A stretch of 64,000 bases of DNA from an uncultured Bacteroidales bacterium (GCA_903929315.1 CAIYUC010000211.1:8274-72273), one strand, 5' to 3'. Counted from the first letter of the stretch, positions 38,150 through 48,845 are shown. The notes: generated by a model not told the origin, from the sequence alone. Translations and numbers: made by a program.

Positions 38150-38199
38150 TTATTCACAATTATATAAAAAAATATGAATATGTTCCTTATACAAAATTA
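38150..38199 (-). promoter_or_regulatory. putative dnaA promoter with DnaA boxes
   Basis: TTATTCACA at 38150-38158 (consensus TTWTNCACA); 1-mismatch TTATACAAA at 38187-38195 overlapping a - strand TAATTTTG box (38192-38199). Confidence 0.45.
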
Positions 38200-38228
38200 G
38201 TCTAAATAACAATTTCTTTCACGAAATA

Positions 38229-38849
38229 TCAAGAATAAAAAATACCTTCAAACTTTATCGAGATACCATTGATCTTTTGTAAACGGGATAAAATTTTATC
38301 TAACCGGGTTCTCCTTATGGAAAAGGTTAGTTTACAATTATTATCAAAAACCTGATTGAGAATAGTAGCACTATCATCTTTCAGGGTTTTCATCACTTCA
38401 TTCATCGCAAGATAATCATACCTGATTTCAACCCTGACATTAATTGTTTTTTCCACTATCGTAGCCTGGTCCAGTGCTTCTTTCGCGGCGGTTTTGTATG
38501 CTTTTATCAATCCCGGAATACCAAGCTTTGTTCCTCCAAAATATCGTATGACCACAATTAATATATTCGTCAGATCATTGGATAGTATTTGCCCGTAGAT
38601 GGGTCTTCCGGCACTTCCTGACGGTTCACCATCATCGTTAACGCGATAGACCTGATGATCCTTACCAAGCCGGAATGCATAACAATGATGCTGTGCATCG
38701 TGATATTCTTTCCTCCATTTCGTGAGTTGATCTTTTATTTCATCTTCCGAATTAACCGGATAGGCAAGAGCAACAAATCTGCTGCCTTTTTCTTTGTAGA
38801 TTCCTTGTGAAAGGGAACTCACAGTCTTATAGGAATCTTCGGAAAGCAT
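38229..38849 (-). CDS. yigZ: YigZ/IMPACT family protein
   Basis: KGSRF, AQHHCYAFR, DDGEPSGSAG, RYFGGTKLG. Confidence 0.9.
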   Translation of the reverse strand: MLSEDSYKTVSSLSQGIYKEKGSRFVALAYPVNSEDEIKDQLTKWRKEYHDAQHHCYAFRLGKDHQVYRVNDDGEPSGSAGRPIYGQILSNDLTNILIVVIRYFGGTKLGIPGLIKAYKTAAKEALDQATIVEKTINVRVEIRYDYLAMNEVMKTLKDDSATILNQVFDNNCKLTFSIRRTRLDKILSRLQKINGISIKFEGIFYS

Positions 38850-38907
38850 AACATGAAAATAACAATGAAATACCCCGCTAAATTAATTTATTTTTTAACT
38901 TCGGTGC

Positions 38908-39795
38908 ATGGAAAACCAATCAAATTCTATAAAAAATTTTCTCCGGTTGTTTAAAAACCGGTTAAAGAATCAGTACGATGAAAATGAAATTATACAGTTC
39001 TTGTATATTCTGTTTGAAAAGTATTTTGGATGGGGGAAAGCTGAGGTACACCTGAGATCAAACGATGTTCTTCCTGAAAAGGATGCGACCCGTCTCTATC
39101 ATGCTCTTTTCGAACTTAGCTGTAACAGGCCTATACAATATATTACAGAGGTGGCATTTTTTGCCGGGCTGGAACTGAAAGTGAATCCAGATGTTTTGAT
39201 TCCCCGCCCCGAAACAGAAGAGCTTGTGGGGTGGATAATAAAAGAAAATGATAAAAGAAAACGCACCGGTCTGACAATCCTGGATATTGGAACCGGTTCC
39301 GGTTGTATAGCTATAAGTCTGAAACTGAAACTGCCAAATGCTATCATAACGGCCATGGATGTTTCTCCTTCCGGATTAGAGATTGCCAGGGAAAACGCGA
39401 ACCGTTATGGATGTGAGATCCGGTTTCATCAGGGAAACATATTGGATCCGGAGGTCCTGAAGGATTTTCCCGCTTATAATATTATTGTTAGTAACCCGCC
39501 TTATGTCCTTGAACGCGAAAAGGAAGTGATGAGACAACATGTCCTTGATTTCGAACCGGCCGAGGCATTATTTGTTCCTGACAATGATCCGATGCGCTTC
39601 AATAAAGCAATTGCCGGATTCGCTTCCCATCACCTGACAAGACCGGGAATCCTGTACCTGGAAATCAATGAGCTTTTTGGTAATGAAGTTCGGGAACTTT
39701 TATTACTCAGGGGATTTGAAAATGCAGAAGTAATTCAAGACATTCATGGCAAGGACAGGTTTGTGAAGGCTTTCCTCTCAGACCATTCATTTTAA
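38908..39795 (+). CDS. prmC: release factor glutamine methyltransferase
   Basis: PIQYI, VLIPRPETEELV, LDIGTGSGCIA, VSNPPY. Confidence 0.93.
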   Translation: MENQSNSIKNFLRLFKNRLKNQYDENEIIQFLYILFEKYFGWGKAEVHLRSNDVLPEKDATRLYHALFELSCNRPIQYITEVAFFAGLELKVNPDVLIPRPETEELVGWIIKENDKRKRTGLTILDIGTGSGCIAISLKLKLPNAIITAMDVSPSGLEIARENANRYGCEIRFHQGNILDPEVLKDFPAYNIIVSNPPYVLEREKEVMRQHVLDFEPAEALFVPDNDPMRFNKAIAGFASHHLTRPGILYLEINELFGNEVRELLLLRGFENAEVIQDIHGKDRFVKAFLSDHSF

Positions 39796-40938
39796 AAAGG
39801 GTTGCAGAACGCCATCCTGTTTTATCATTGTTTTCAACTCGCTGAATGTTAGAAAACAACTATTAGGACTGCTGGCATAAGGCGCAATTTCATAATGGTT
39901 ATAGAAGAATCCAATCCCTTCACTTGTTAAATAAAAATTGTCATTTGGTTTTACCTCATCCGTAAAGAAGCCGGCTTTGGTAAGTTGTTGAACGGGCTTA
40001 AGCGAATTTAGATTTTTGAATTTCCGGGTGATCGTCATGGTAAGCTCTTTTTCATAACCCTCATGGAAAATATCATCGAGTGCAAGAATTTTCCCATTGT
40101 TCAGGTTGACTACATAAAATTCATAGGTCTCAAGTCCATGGGCACCACCAGTAAAAGCATAGTTGATAATATAAAAAGTGAGAAAGTGTTTATCATTGTA
40201 TAAAACATGCATAAATTCAAGCGATTCCCAATTCAGATTGGGTCCACCGGTTTTATTACCATATAGTGCTTCATTACCCGAGATATACCTGTCGTAATAA
40301 ACCTGTTTCAGGGAATTCAGGTTCATATCGGGATTGTAATTCGTTACAGGCCTTTTTATGAATTTCCCGAGAATGATTTTCTTCAGACTATCTGAAATGA
40401 CAGGGTTACTGGATTCAACCGGAGTAAGTAATGCCATCTCAATGCTTCCTTTTGGTGATCCGGGCTTTTTAACAAGAGGCATAAATCCTTTAAGATAAGA
40501 GACATTGAATTGCACACTTCCTTCAGCGTATTTCTCCATGATTTCAAAGGGGAATTTCCCGTCTTCATTCTCCCAGGTGCCAGTCAGCTTTTGATCCTTT
40601 GTAAGTTGTCCGGTAAGGATCGGCGATGTCCTGGAAAAAGGTGCACTGAGTGAACAACTCCCGTCAGCTTTCATTTTTCCACAGACAACCGGGATGTTTC
40701 CACTATTCGCAAGAGACGAAGAATTTTCATTTGCATCCGTTGTTAAAGCACGACATTGATAATCTCCGTACAGACTGTCGTTGATCTTTACAAGATTCAT
40801 GGTTAGTTCATATTTCTTTCCTATCTGACCTGTGAGATGCATATAACTTCTTTTCGGGATCATTGTTTGTCCAACAGTACTCTTTATCGCAAAAAGGGTC
40901 AAAGGAACAAAGATAAAATTCAAATATCGGGTTTTCAT
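39787..40938 (-). CDS. secreted DUF4163/DUF3298 (RsiV/PdaC-like) protein
   Basis: Signal peptide; YAFTGGAHG, LALDDIF, NFYLT...YEIAPYA. Confidence 0.75.
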   Translation of the reverse strand: MKTRYLNFIFVPLTLFAIKSTVGQTMIPKRSYMHLTGQIGKKYELTMNLVKINDSLYGDYQCRALTTDANENSSSLANSGNIPVVCGKMKADGSCSLSAPFSRTSPILTGQLTKDQKLTGTWENEDGKFPFEIMEKYAEGSVQFNVSYLKGFMPLVKKPGSPKGSIEMALLTPVESSNPVISDSLKKIILGKFIKRPVTNYNPDMNLNSLKQVYYDRYISGNEALYGNKTGGPNLNWESLEFMHVLYNDKHFLTFYIINYAFTGGAHGLETYEFYVVNLNNGKILALDDIFHEGYEKELTMTITRKFKNLNSLKPVQQLTKAGFFTDEVKPNDNFYLTSEGIGFFYNHYEIAPYASSPNSCFLTFSELKTMIKQDGVLQPFLK

Positions 40939-40995
40939 ATATTGTGTTATTATTTTTAATTTTATGGATAATGGCTTTACATAAAAATTGCGTCT

Positions 40996-41667
40996 TTAAT
41001 TGTACATCCTGTCGCTGAATACCGCCGTGCCTATTCTTACCATAGTACTTCCTTCCTCAATAGCGATCCTGTAATCTCCTGACATGCCCATTGAAAGCTC
41101 CCTGAACTCCGGGGAATTTATGAAATATTCTTGTTTTAATAAAGTAAAATACTGTCTCAGCATTCTGAATTCCGTCCTGACAACTTCCGGATCAGTACAA
41201 AAAGTTGCCATTCCCATAACACCTGCTATCCTGATATTCCGCATTTCTGAAAATTCCTTTGAGTCCAAAAGACATCGGGCTGATTCTTTATCCAGTCCAA
41301 ACTTCGTCTCTTCTGATGCTATGTGAAATTGTAAAAGGCAATTGATCATCCTGTTATTTTTTTGTGCCTCTTCATTAACTTCAATGAGAAGCTTCAGGCT
41401 GTCGATACTTTCTATATAATCTATAAATGATGCAATCTGCCTGACTTTATTGGTTTGGAGATGCCCGATAAAATGCCATTCAATATCCTTGGGAAGGATA
41501 ATTTGTTTTGTGACCAGCTCCTGAACTTTATTTTCGCCGAAAACTGACTGCCCGGCTTGATAAGCGTCCATAATTTCATTGGTGGGCTTTGTCTTGGAAA
41601 CAGCAACGAGCTTCACACTGTCAGGAATTTCCTGCCGGAGTTTCCGGAGATTCTCTTGGATAGTCAT
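40996..41667 (-). CDS. yggS: PLP homeostasis protein (YggS family)
   Basis: LVAVSKTKP, FGENKVQE, WHFIGHLQTNKV, LSMGMSGDY, STMVRIG; ATG at 41667 preferred. Confidence 0.93.
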   Translation of the reverse strand: MTIQENLRKLRQEIPDSVKLVAVSKTKPTNEIMDAYQAGQSVFGENKVQELVTKQIILPKDIEWHFIGHLQTNKVRQIASFIDYIESIDSLKLLIEVNEEAQKNNRMINCLLQFHIASEETKFGLDKESARCLLDSKEFSEMRNIRIAGVMGMATFCTDPEVVRTEFRMLRQYFTLLKQEYFINSPEFRELSMGMSGDYRIAIEEGSTMVRIGTAVFSDRMYN

Positions 41668-41787
41668 GAAATTGAATACCTTTAATATATGACAAAGATA
41701 CGCATTTAGATTTCGCTCTTCCGCGGGTAAAAATAAAATCACGAATGATAATAACGATTATTTGTAATTTTACGTTCTCTCTTAACT

Positions 41788-43647
41788 ATGAAAAAAGTCA
41801 TCTATTCATTCCTCCGACAACTCTTGTTCTGGATACTCTTTTTCGATTTCACAAGGGTGGTCTTTCTTCTTTATCACTTCCGGCTTATCGTCGCCGAGAA
41901 GATCAGACTTTTTGATATCCTTGGAGTCTTCTGGTATTCCCTGAAACTGGATCTCGCCACTGTTGGGTATATAATGATCTTCCCGTTTCTACTACTGGTC
42001 ATACAATCCATCTGGAGTCCCAGATGGTTCAATTACATCAATAAGGTTTATACGGCTGTGTTGATTTTCGCATATTCACTGACGACGGCAGGGGAGATGG
42101 GGATCTATTCAGAATGGAAAACAAAGCTTACCTATAAGGTCATAAAATATTTAAGCCATCCCTCCGAAATATATAATTCGGCAGAATCCGGCGTTTTTCT
42201 CTTTTTACTGATTCTATTAGTATTCCTGTTCTTTGCAGGATTCATTTCCTATCTTAAAATATTCTATCTGGATATCATCAAAGAAAAACGTAACCTGGTA
42301 TTCACATTTGTATTTCTGATCATTATGCCCCCATTAATTTTTATAGCCATGCGCGGCGGGATTCAAGCTATTCCGATCAACCAAAGCCAGTCTTATTATT
42401 CTAAAAACAACATGCTGAATCTTACATCGGTCAATAATTTTTTTAATCTTTATATAAGCATTTTTGAGAATCTTCCGAATTTTGAAAAAGATCCTTATAT
42501 CTTTTTCGATCAGCAAAAAGCTGAAAAACTGGTTGCGGAGATATATCGTACGCCAAAAGACACAACCATCTCAATTCTGAAGACAAACCGACCGAATATT
42601 GTGATCCTTATCCTTGAAAGCTGGTCAGCCGATTTGATTCAGGACCTCGGGGGTGAACCGGGGATAACTCCTCAATTTAAAGAGCTGGAAAAGAACGGTA
42701 TTTTATTCGACAGGATATATGCTTCAGGTTCGCGTTCTGAACAAGGGATGGCATCGATATTCAGTGCCTTTCCCGCACATCCTGTTTCTTCCATCACTGT
42801 CCAGCCTGATAAATTTGTCAAACTGCAAAGCCTCCCTCAAATGTTGAAGCGCCAGGGATATAAAACCTCTTTTTATTTTGGCGGACAACTGATCTATGGT
42901 AATATTAAAAGCTATATTTTCTTTAATGGATTTGATAAGATCATGGAAGGTTCTGATTTTCCAAAGAATTTTTTTCGCGGAAAACTTGGAGTTCATGATG
43001 AGTACACTCTTGGCTATCAGTTGAACGATTTGAGTAAAGAACAACAACCCTTCTTTTCTGCATTATTTACGGTCAGCACTCATTCACCATGGGATCAGCC
43101 ATATCCTAAGCCATTAAAATGGGGCAAAAATGAACATGAATATATAAATGCCGCATATTATACAGACCATTGTCTGGGTGAATATTTTAAAAAAGCCAGG
43201 TTGGAACCATGGTTTAATAATACGCTATTCATTGTCGTAGCCGACCATAGCCACAATTCCTACCGGAACTGGGATCCGCAATCAAAGGAATATCATAAAA
43301 TCCCGCTGTTATTTTATGGGAATGTGATTCGGGATGAATTCAAGGGAAAAACATGGCATAAATTGGGAGATCAGCATGATATTGCTGCCACATTGCTTGC
43401 GCAGATGAAATTAAGAAGTGATAAGCTTAAATGGAGTAAGAATCTATTCAATCCCTATACGCCTGATTTTGCCTACTTTTCAACAGAAGATGGGGTTGGA
43501 TGGATCCGGCTTGATTCTTACTTTTCATATGATAAAGGAACGGATTATTATCATTTTCTACAGATCGATCCATCCATTCGTGATTCCATACTGAATGAAG
43601 GAAAAGCCTATCTTCAGGTGCTATTTTCGGAATATATGAGCGATTAA
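41788..43647 (+). CDS. LTA-synthase-family / sulfatase-like membrane protein
   Basis: Five N-terminal TMs; NIVILILESW, STHSPW, YTDHCLG, VADH. Confidence 0.85.
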   Translation: MKKVIYSFLRQLLFWILFFDFTRVVFLLYHFRLIVAEKIRLFDILGVFWYSLKLDLATVGYIMIFPFLLLVIQSIWSPRWFNYINKVYTAVLIFAYSLTTAGEMGIYSEWKTKLTYKVIKYLSHPSEIYNSAESGVFLFLLILLVFLFFAGFISYLKIFYLDIIKEKRNLVFTFVFLIIMPPLIFIAMRGGIQAIPINQSQSYYSKNNMLNLTSVNNFFNLYISIFENLPNFEKDPYIFFDQQKAEKLVAEIYRTPKDTTISILKTNRPNIVILILESWSADLIQDLGGEPGITPQFKELEKNGILFDRIYASGSRSEQGMASIFSAFPAHPVSSITVQPDKFVKLQSLPQMLKRQGYKTSFYFGGQLIYGNIKSYIFFNGFDKIMEGSDFPKNFFRGKLGVHDEYTLGYQLNDLSKEQQPFFSALFTVSTHSPWDQPYPKPLKWGKNEHEYINAAYYTDHCLGEYFKKARLEPWFNNTLFIVVADHSHNSYRNWDPQSKEYHKIPLLFYGNVIRDEFKGKTWHKLGDQHDIAATLLAQMKLRSDKLKWSKNLFNPYTPDFAYFSTEDGVGWIRLDSYFSYDKGTDYYHFLQIDPSIRDSILNEGKAYLQVLFSEYMSD

Positions 43648-43654
43648 CAACCGG

Positions 43655-44902
43655 TTATTCCAACGAATGCACCACCAGCCCACTACGCAGTTTCGGTTCA
43701 AACCATGTTGTTTTCGGAGGCATGATATTTCCCGAATCCGCAATATCGATAAGTTGTTTCATTGAAACAGGGTAAAGTGCAAATGCTGCCTTCATTTCAC
43801 CACTGTCAACTCTTTTTTTCAATTCACCGAGGCCACGTATTCCTCCGACAAAATCAATACGATCGGAAGTTCTGAGGTCTTTAATATTCAGGATCGGTTC
43901 AAGGATTAAACGTGAAAGGATCGTGACATCAAGCACTCCGATAGGATCGGAATCATTGTAAGTACCTTGTTTAGCAGTAAGAGAGTACCATGTACCATCG
44001 GTATATAAACCAAAATTATGCAATCTGTCAGGTTTGTATATAGAAGTACCAACCTCTTCAACAAGAAAGATCTCTGATAATTTCGCCAGGAATTCCGGCT
44101 TATCCAATCCGTTCAGATCTTTCACAACACGGTTGTAGTCGATAATCGTCAGTTGATTATCAGGGAAATGAACAGCGAGAAAAAAATTATACTCTTCGGA
44201 ACCTGTATGATTTGGGTTCCCCTTTCTTTTCTCATTTCCAACAAGGGCAGCCGCTGCGGTCCTGTGATGACCATCAGCGACATAAGTATAGGGTATCTTC
44301 CCGAAAAGATCAATGATCGTTTTAATCGTTTGGTCACTGTCAATCACCCAAAAATGATGCCCGACGCCGTCGGTTGCCACAAAGTCATACTCAGGAGGCT
44401 TTGATTTAACGATTTTGGAAACAATTTCATCTATTTTGCCGACAGCAGGATAAGTGAAAAATACAGGTTCCATATTGGCATTTGTTATCCTCACATGTTT
44501 CATCCGGTCTTCCTCTTTATCTTTCCTTGTCAGCTCATGTTTCTTAATGATTCCATTCATATAATCATCAACACCGGCACAACCTACAATACCGTATTGT
44601 GTTTTGCCATTCATCGTCTGGCCATATATATAAAGGAGATCTTTTGTATCTTTTATCAACCAGCCATTTTTTTTAAATAAAGTAAAATTTTCTTTCGCTT
44701 TTTCATAAACAGGCTGTGAATGAATATCCAGCTCTTCCGGAAGATCAATTTCCGGTTTTATGATATGAAGAAGGGAAAACTTATTATTTTTTGCTTCTTC
44801 TCTTGCTTCTTTTGAATTTAACACATCATATGGCCTCGAAGCCAAATCTTTAGCGATTTCCTTAGGAGGCCTGAGTCCTTTAAAAGCTTTTAAAATAGCC
44901 AT
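43655..44902 (-). CDS. DUF1015 family protein
   Basis: PYDV, IKKHELTR, YVADGHHR, MPPKTTWFEPKLRSGL. Confidence 0.9.
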   Translation of the reverse strand: MAILKAFKGLRPPKEIAKDLASRPYDVLNSKEAREEAKNNKFSLLHIIKPEIDLPEELDIHSQPVYEKAKENFTLFKKNGWLIKDTKDLLYIYGQTMNGKTQYGIVGCAGVDDYMNGIIKKHELTRKDKEEDRMKHVRITNANMEPVFFTYPAVGKIDEIVSKIVKSKPPEYDFVATDGVGHHFWVIDSDQTIKTIIDLFGKIPYTYVADGHHRTAAAALVGNEKRKGNPNHTGSEEYNFFLAVHFPDNQLTIIDYNRVVKDLNGLDKPEFLAKLSEIFLVEEVGTSIYKPDRLHNFGLYTDGTWYSLTAKQGTYNDSDPIGVLDVTILSRLILEPILNIKDLRTSDRIDFVGGIRGLGELKKRVDSGEMKAAFALYPVSMKQLIDIADSGNIMPPKTTWFEPKLRSGLVVHSLE

Positions 44903-44983
44903 AATTCTCTTTTCTGAATGAATATAGTTGGCAAAAAATCCAAAATGTTCAGTGGTTTGATATTGAAGGAATGAAAAACGGGA

Positions 44984-45412
44984 TTATTCCGTTTCTTCTT
45001 CATCGTTTGAATGTTCTTCAGGCCTGGTGCTTCTTTGTAATGAACCGATCAATGCCCCGATCATTTTCGTCATTTCCATCAGATGATTCTTCGAATCTTC
45101 ATATACTTCTTTTGAAAACCAGGTACGGTTTTGGGCTATCGTCGATAACACCACACATTCCCGAACCGAGCTTTTTGCCATTTTCAGGTAATAAACGAAC
45201 TGACTCTTGTTTCGTGATGAGCCTTCTGCTATGTTCAGGGCTATACCGTTAGCAGATGATATAAAGCGCTCAAAGAAAAATCTTACATACGGATCATCTT
45301 TACTGTTTTTTGATACAGAGTAAGCCCAATTAATGTATTCAAGGGCTTTATGATAGATTCTCAAATCTTCAAACCTGAAAAAGGTGATGGGTTTTTCTTG
45401 TTCGTTTTCCAT
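44984..45412 (-). CDS. four-helix-bundle protein (23S rRNA-IVP / bAvd-like family)
   Basis: FRFEDLRIYHKA...IALNIAEGSSR...FVYYLKMAKSSVREC. Confidence 0.85.
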   Translation of the reverse strand: MENEQEKPITFFRFEDLRIYHKALEYINWAYSVSKNSKDDPYVRFFFERFISSANGIALNIAEGSSRNKSQFVYYLKMAKSSVRECVVLSTIAQNRTWFSKEVYEDSKNHLMEMTKMIGALIGSLQRSTRPEEHSNDEEETE

Positions 45413-45504
45413 AGGAAATTGGTATTAAAATAAATAATATCCAAGGGTGACGGAAGAATATATCAAATGTATCATTATACGTGGCAAGATCTGATAATTC
45501 ATGA

Positions 45505-46428
45505 TTATTTATTAACCTGAAACGTACGATCACCATTTTTCAAAAAAACTACAATTTGCTTTGCTGCAGCAATACCTGCATTGATGTTCGCTTCCTCAGT
45601 CTGGGCACCCATTTTCTTGGGGGTAAAGAAATAACGGCCCTTGAATTTGGCTTCAAATTCTGCTTTATTAACAGGTTCAACATCGGAAAGATAAGCAAAT
45701 GCCTTTTTTTCCTCAAAGATTCGCAGCAGATCTGCTTCATGGATGACTTCAGCCCTGGCTGTATTGACAAGAACTGCCGGTGCAGGAATCCTGGATAAGA
45801 GGCTATAATTGATTGATTCTTTAGTCTTACTATTTGCCGGAATATGAAGGGAAATAAAGTTGCAGGTACTGTACAATTCTTCGGCGGAGCCTAAACATTT
45901 TACTCCATCTTTTTCGATATCTTCTTTTGAAATAAAAGGATCGTAAGCATATACTTCCATCCCAAATCCTTTGGCTATACGGGCTACATTCTTGCCAACA
46001 GCGCCGTAAGCGTGAATACCAAGCTTTTTATCTTTCAGTTCGGTTCCTGATTTTCCATTAAAAAAACTCCTTACGTAATAGACCATCATTCCCAAAGCAA
46101 GTTCAGCTACAGCATTCGAATTCTGACCCGGGGTATTCATCACGCATACTCCCTTTGCACTTGCAGCCTGCAGATCGATATTATCATATCCGGCTCCTGC
46201 ACGTACTACAATTTTCAACGCTTTACCGGCATCAATAACGCTTTTATCAGTCTTATCGCTTCTGACAATAACCGCATCGACATTTTCTACCGCCTTGATA
46301 AAATCTTCCTGTTTCGGATAACTTTCCAGAAGGACCAATTCAAACCCGGCACCTTCAACAACTTTTCTGATCCCTTGAACCGCGACAGGTGCGAAAGGTT
46401 TATCCGTTGCTATTAAAACTTTTGTCAT
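45505..46428 (-). CDS. serA: D-3-phosphoglycerate dehydrogenase (short form without ACT domain)
   Basis: RAGAGYDNID, MNTPGQNSNAVAEL, VNTARAE, KMGAQTEEA; adjacent to serC. Confidence 0.85.
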   Translation of the reverse strand: MTKVLIATDKPFAPVAVQGIRKVVEGAGFELVLLESYPKQEDFIKAVENVDAVIVRSDKTDKSVIDAGKALKIVVRAGAGYDNIDLQAASAKGVCVMNTPGQNSNAVAELALGMMVYYVRSFFNGKSGTELKDKKLGIHAYGAVGKNVARIAKGFGMEVYAYDPFISKEDIEKDGVKCLGSAEELYSTCNFISLHIPANSKTKESINYSLLSRIPAPAVLVNTARAEVIHEADLLRIFEEKKAFAYLSDVEPVNKAEFEAKFKGRYFFTPKKMGAQTEEANINAGIAAAKQIVVFLKNGDRTFQVNK

Positions 46429-46458
46429 AGAATATCACCGTTTATTGTTATTACAGAC

Positions 46459-47529
46459 TTATGCGTTGATTTTTTCAAATTCATGCATGCAATCGATCAA
46501 TGCCTGAACACTTTCAATAGGTAATGCATTGTAGGTCGAGGCTCTGAAACCACCTACTGAACGGTGTCCTTTAATTCCAACCATCCCTTTGCTTTTTGCA
46601 AAATCCATAAAGGCATCTTCTTTATCTTTATATTGTTCTTTGAGAACAAAGCAAATATTCATAATCGACCGGGATTCTTTTTCAACCGTTCCTACGAACA
46701 TTTTGCTATTGTCAATAGTATTATAAAGAAGATTTGCTTTTTCAATATTCATTTCCTTGATCTTCTCAATACCCCCCAGGCTTTTGATCCACCGTAAGGT
46801 TTCCATACATGTGTATATCGGTAAACAAGGTGGTGTATTAAAAAGAGAGCCTTCCTTAATATGTGTTTTATAATTTAACATGGTAGGAATAGGTCTGTCG
46901 ACTTTACCCAGTATATCTTCCCTGAGAATAACAAAAGTAACACCGGCAGGACCCAGATTCTTTTGTGCACCCCCATAGATCAAAGCATATTTTGAAATAT
47001 CAATGGGCCTTGTTAATATATCAGAAGACATATCAGCGACCATATTGACAGGGCTGTCCATATCATACCGGATCTCGGTACCGAAAATAGTATTGTTCGT
47101 GGTAATATGAAAATAATCTGCATTCTCTGGAATGGTAAAATTCTTTGGGATATAGTTAAAGTTCTTGTCACCGGAAGAGGCAACAATATCAACCGCACCG
47201 AAAAGTTTGGCTTCTTTGATCGCTTTCTGCGCCCAGACGCCGGTTTCCAGGTAAGCTGCTTTCTTCTGAAGCAGGTTATATGGAACCATGCAGAATTGAA
47301 GGCTTGCACCACCACCTAAAAACAATACATGGTAATTGTCGGGAATTTTTAACAGTTCTTTGAATAGGGCAACTGTTTCATCAATAATAGCCTGAAAATC
47401 CTTGCTTCTGTGCGAGATTTCAAGAATTGACATCCCGATACCATTCAGTTCAAGAACAGCCTTTGCAGTGTTCTCAATCGCAATTCTGGGAAGAATGGAA
47501 GGCCCTGCATTAAAATTGTGTTTTTTCAT
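46459..47529 (-). CDS. serC: phosphoserine aminotransferase
   Basis: [47 protein letters not shown]; -7 box TACCTTTG on - strand at 47590-47597. Confidence 0.96.
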   Translation of the reverse strand: MKKHNFNAGPSILPRIAIENTAKAVLELNGIGMSILEISHRSKDFQAIIDETVALFKELLKIPDNYHVLFLGGGASLQFCMVPYNLLQKKAAYLETGVWAQKAIKEAKLFGAVDIVASSGDKNFNYIPKNFTIPENADYFHITTNNTIFGTEIRYDMDSPVNMVADMSSDILTRPIDISKYALIYGGAQKNLGPAGVTFVILREDILGKVDRPIPTMLNYKTHIKEGSLFNTPPCLPIYTCMETLRWIKSLGGIEKIKEMNIEKANLLYNTIDNSKMFVGTVEKESRSIMNICFVLKEQYKDKEDAFMDFAKSKGMVGIKGHRSVGGFRASTYNALPIESVQALIDCMHEFEKINA

Positions 47530-47691
47530 AAGAAATAAGATTAAAATATAGTAAAACCAAAGTAAAGAAATAGATATTGATTATTAAAACAAAGGTAAAA
47601 GATTTTACTGTGAAAAATCAAACTTGGAAAATAAAATTTTTACGGAAAAGAAAATTAATATAAGAGAGGAAATTCAATGGGTGACAAAGCA

Positions 47692-48630
47692 TTATTTTCT
47701 TTTTTTAGAAGGTAATGGACTGTTTCTGGCATCCACTTCATGAAGGAAAATCCATGCATCTTTTGAAAATACAAAAGCATCATATGTATCAGCTTCAGGC
47801 ACATAAAACTGGTACTGGTTCTCTAATTGAGGTTCCAATGGAACAAGATGGTCAAAAATGATCATTTTCGCCTTTTTGCCTTTTATTCCGGATTGTTTTA
47901 ATAAGGCAGCCGATTTATTCCCTACAGGTAAGCCCATCTCATTATAATTTAATGCCATTTTTGCTGATAAAGAATATTTGAATATGACTCTTCTTACCTG
48001 TCCATCTTGAAAATTTTTAAAGATCTTTGCCCCCATATGTGGTATTCCATCTTTATCAAATGTTAAAACTTCGATGATTTTCTCAGCAATGAATCTGTTT
48101 TTCGCTATCCACCCCAGAAGAGTATAATATTTTTTGTTATCCGGAATGGATGAATTCTCAATGATTTTATAATATAATGTACCATACCAATGATTGACAT
48201 CCAGTGTTTGGATCGCCGGTTGGTCTATCGAATCTGATCTGTCGGCCAGGTCAAAGGTTTCATATTGATCCTTGCTCTTATTATAAACCTGCAGGAAACA
48301 AAAAGAAATGTTGGTCCCATCGCTTTTAGGGAGGTTCCAATTATACATCCTGAATCTCTTGTCAGGTGATTTCAATTTTCCCAGTATCTTTATAGAATCG
48401 AAGGGGTAGTCGAAAGAACCGGGGAGATGGATAGCCTGGTCCAATGTAATAAAGAACAGGGCATTCAAATGCAACCTGGCTGAATCTGAAGATGACTCCT
48501 TTATCAATTTACCAATGCTTTTAAGGGAATCTTCAGACTGTTTGAGTGATGGGTTGTTTTGTGCGACCACAGAAATAGCGAAAAAAATCAGACAGACGTA
48601 AAGTTGAGACTCAAATAACCGCTTAAACAT
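47692..48630 (-). CDS. hypothetical secreted protein
   Basis: Signal peptide followed by Gln; SFDYPFDS, WYGTLYY, YTLLGW, IIFDHL; function not recognised. Confidence 0.75.
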   Translation of the reverse strand: MFKRLFESQLYVCLIFFAISVVAQNNPSLKQSEDSLKSIGKLIKESSSDSARLHLNALFFITLDQAIHLPGSFDYPFDSIKILGKLKSPDKRFRMYNWNLPKSDGTNISFCFLQVYNKSKDQYETFDLADRSDSIDQPAIQTLDVNHWYGTLYYKIIENSSIPDNKKYYTLLGWIAKNRFIAEKIIEVLTFDKDGIPHMGAKIFKNFQDGQVRRVIFKYSLSAKMALNYNEMGLPVGNKSAALLKQSGIKGKKAKMIIFDHLVPLEPQLENQYQFYVPEADTYDAFVFSKDAWIFLHEVDARNSPLPSKKRK

Positions 48631-48691
48631 GAATGCTGATTCTGATTTAATTGTGGAAAATTGTATTAAACCTCAAAACTCATCACCTTAA

Positions 48692-48845
48692 TGGGGTTGA
48701 CCAAAAAGTCTTTGTGATCTTTGTGTGAAACTTTGTGACCATTGTGGTTAATTCATAAAACGCTGAACCACAATAAACACTAAGAAGGCACTGAGTACAC
48801 AAAGAAGAAATAATTATCTTCAGACCTACCTTTTAGTCAACCTCA
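48692..48845. mobile_element. MITE-like element (154 bp) with terminal IRs and internal inverted CTTTGTG arrays
   Basis: TGGGGTTGACCAAAAAGT (48692-48709) versus reverse complement of 48828-48845 TGAGGTTGACTAAAAGGT, 15/18; non-coding; no clear TSD seen. Confidence 0.55.

Noticed and set aside
44984-45412. Diversity-generating retroelement (Avd-like gene)
   Set aside because: No reverse transcriptase and no TR/VR pair with adenine-specific mismatches seen
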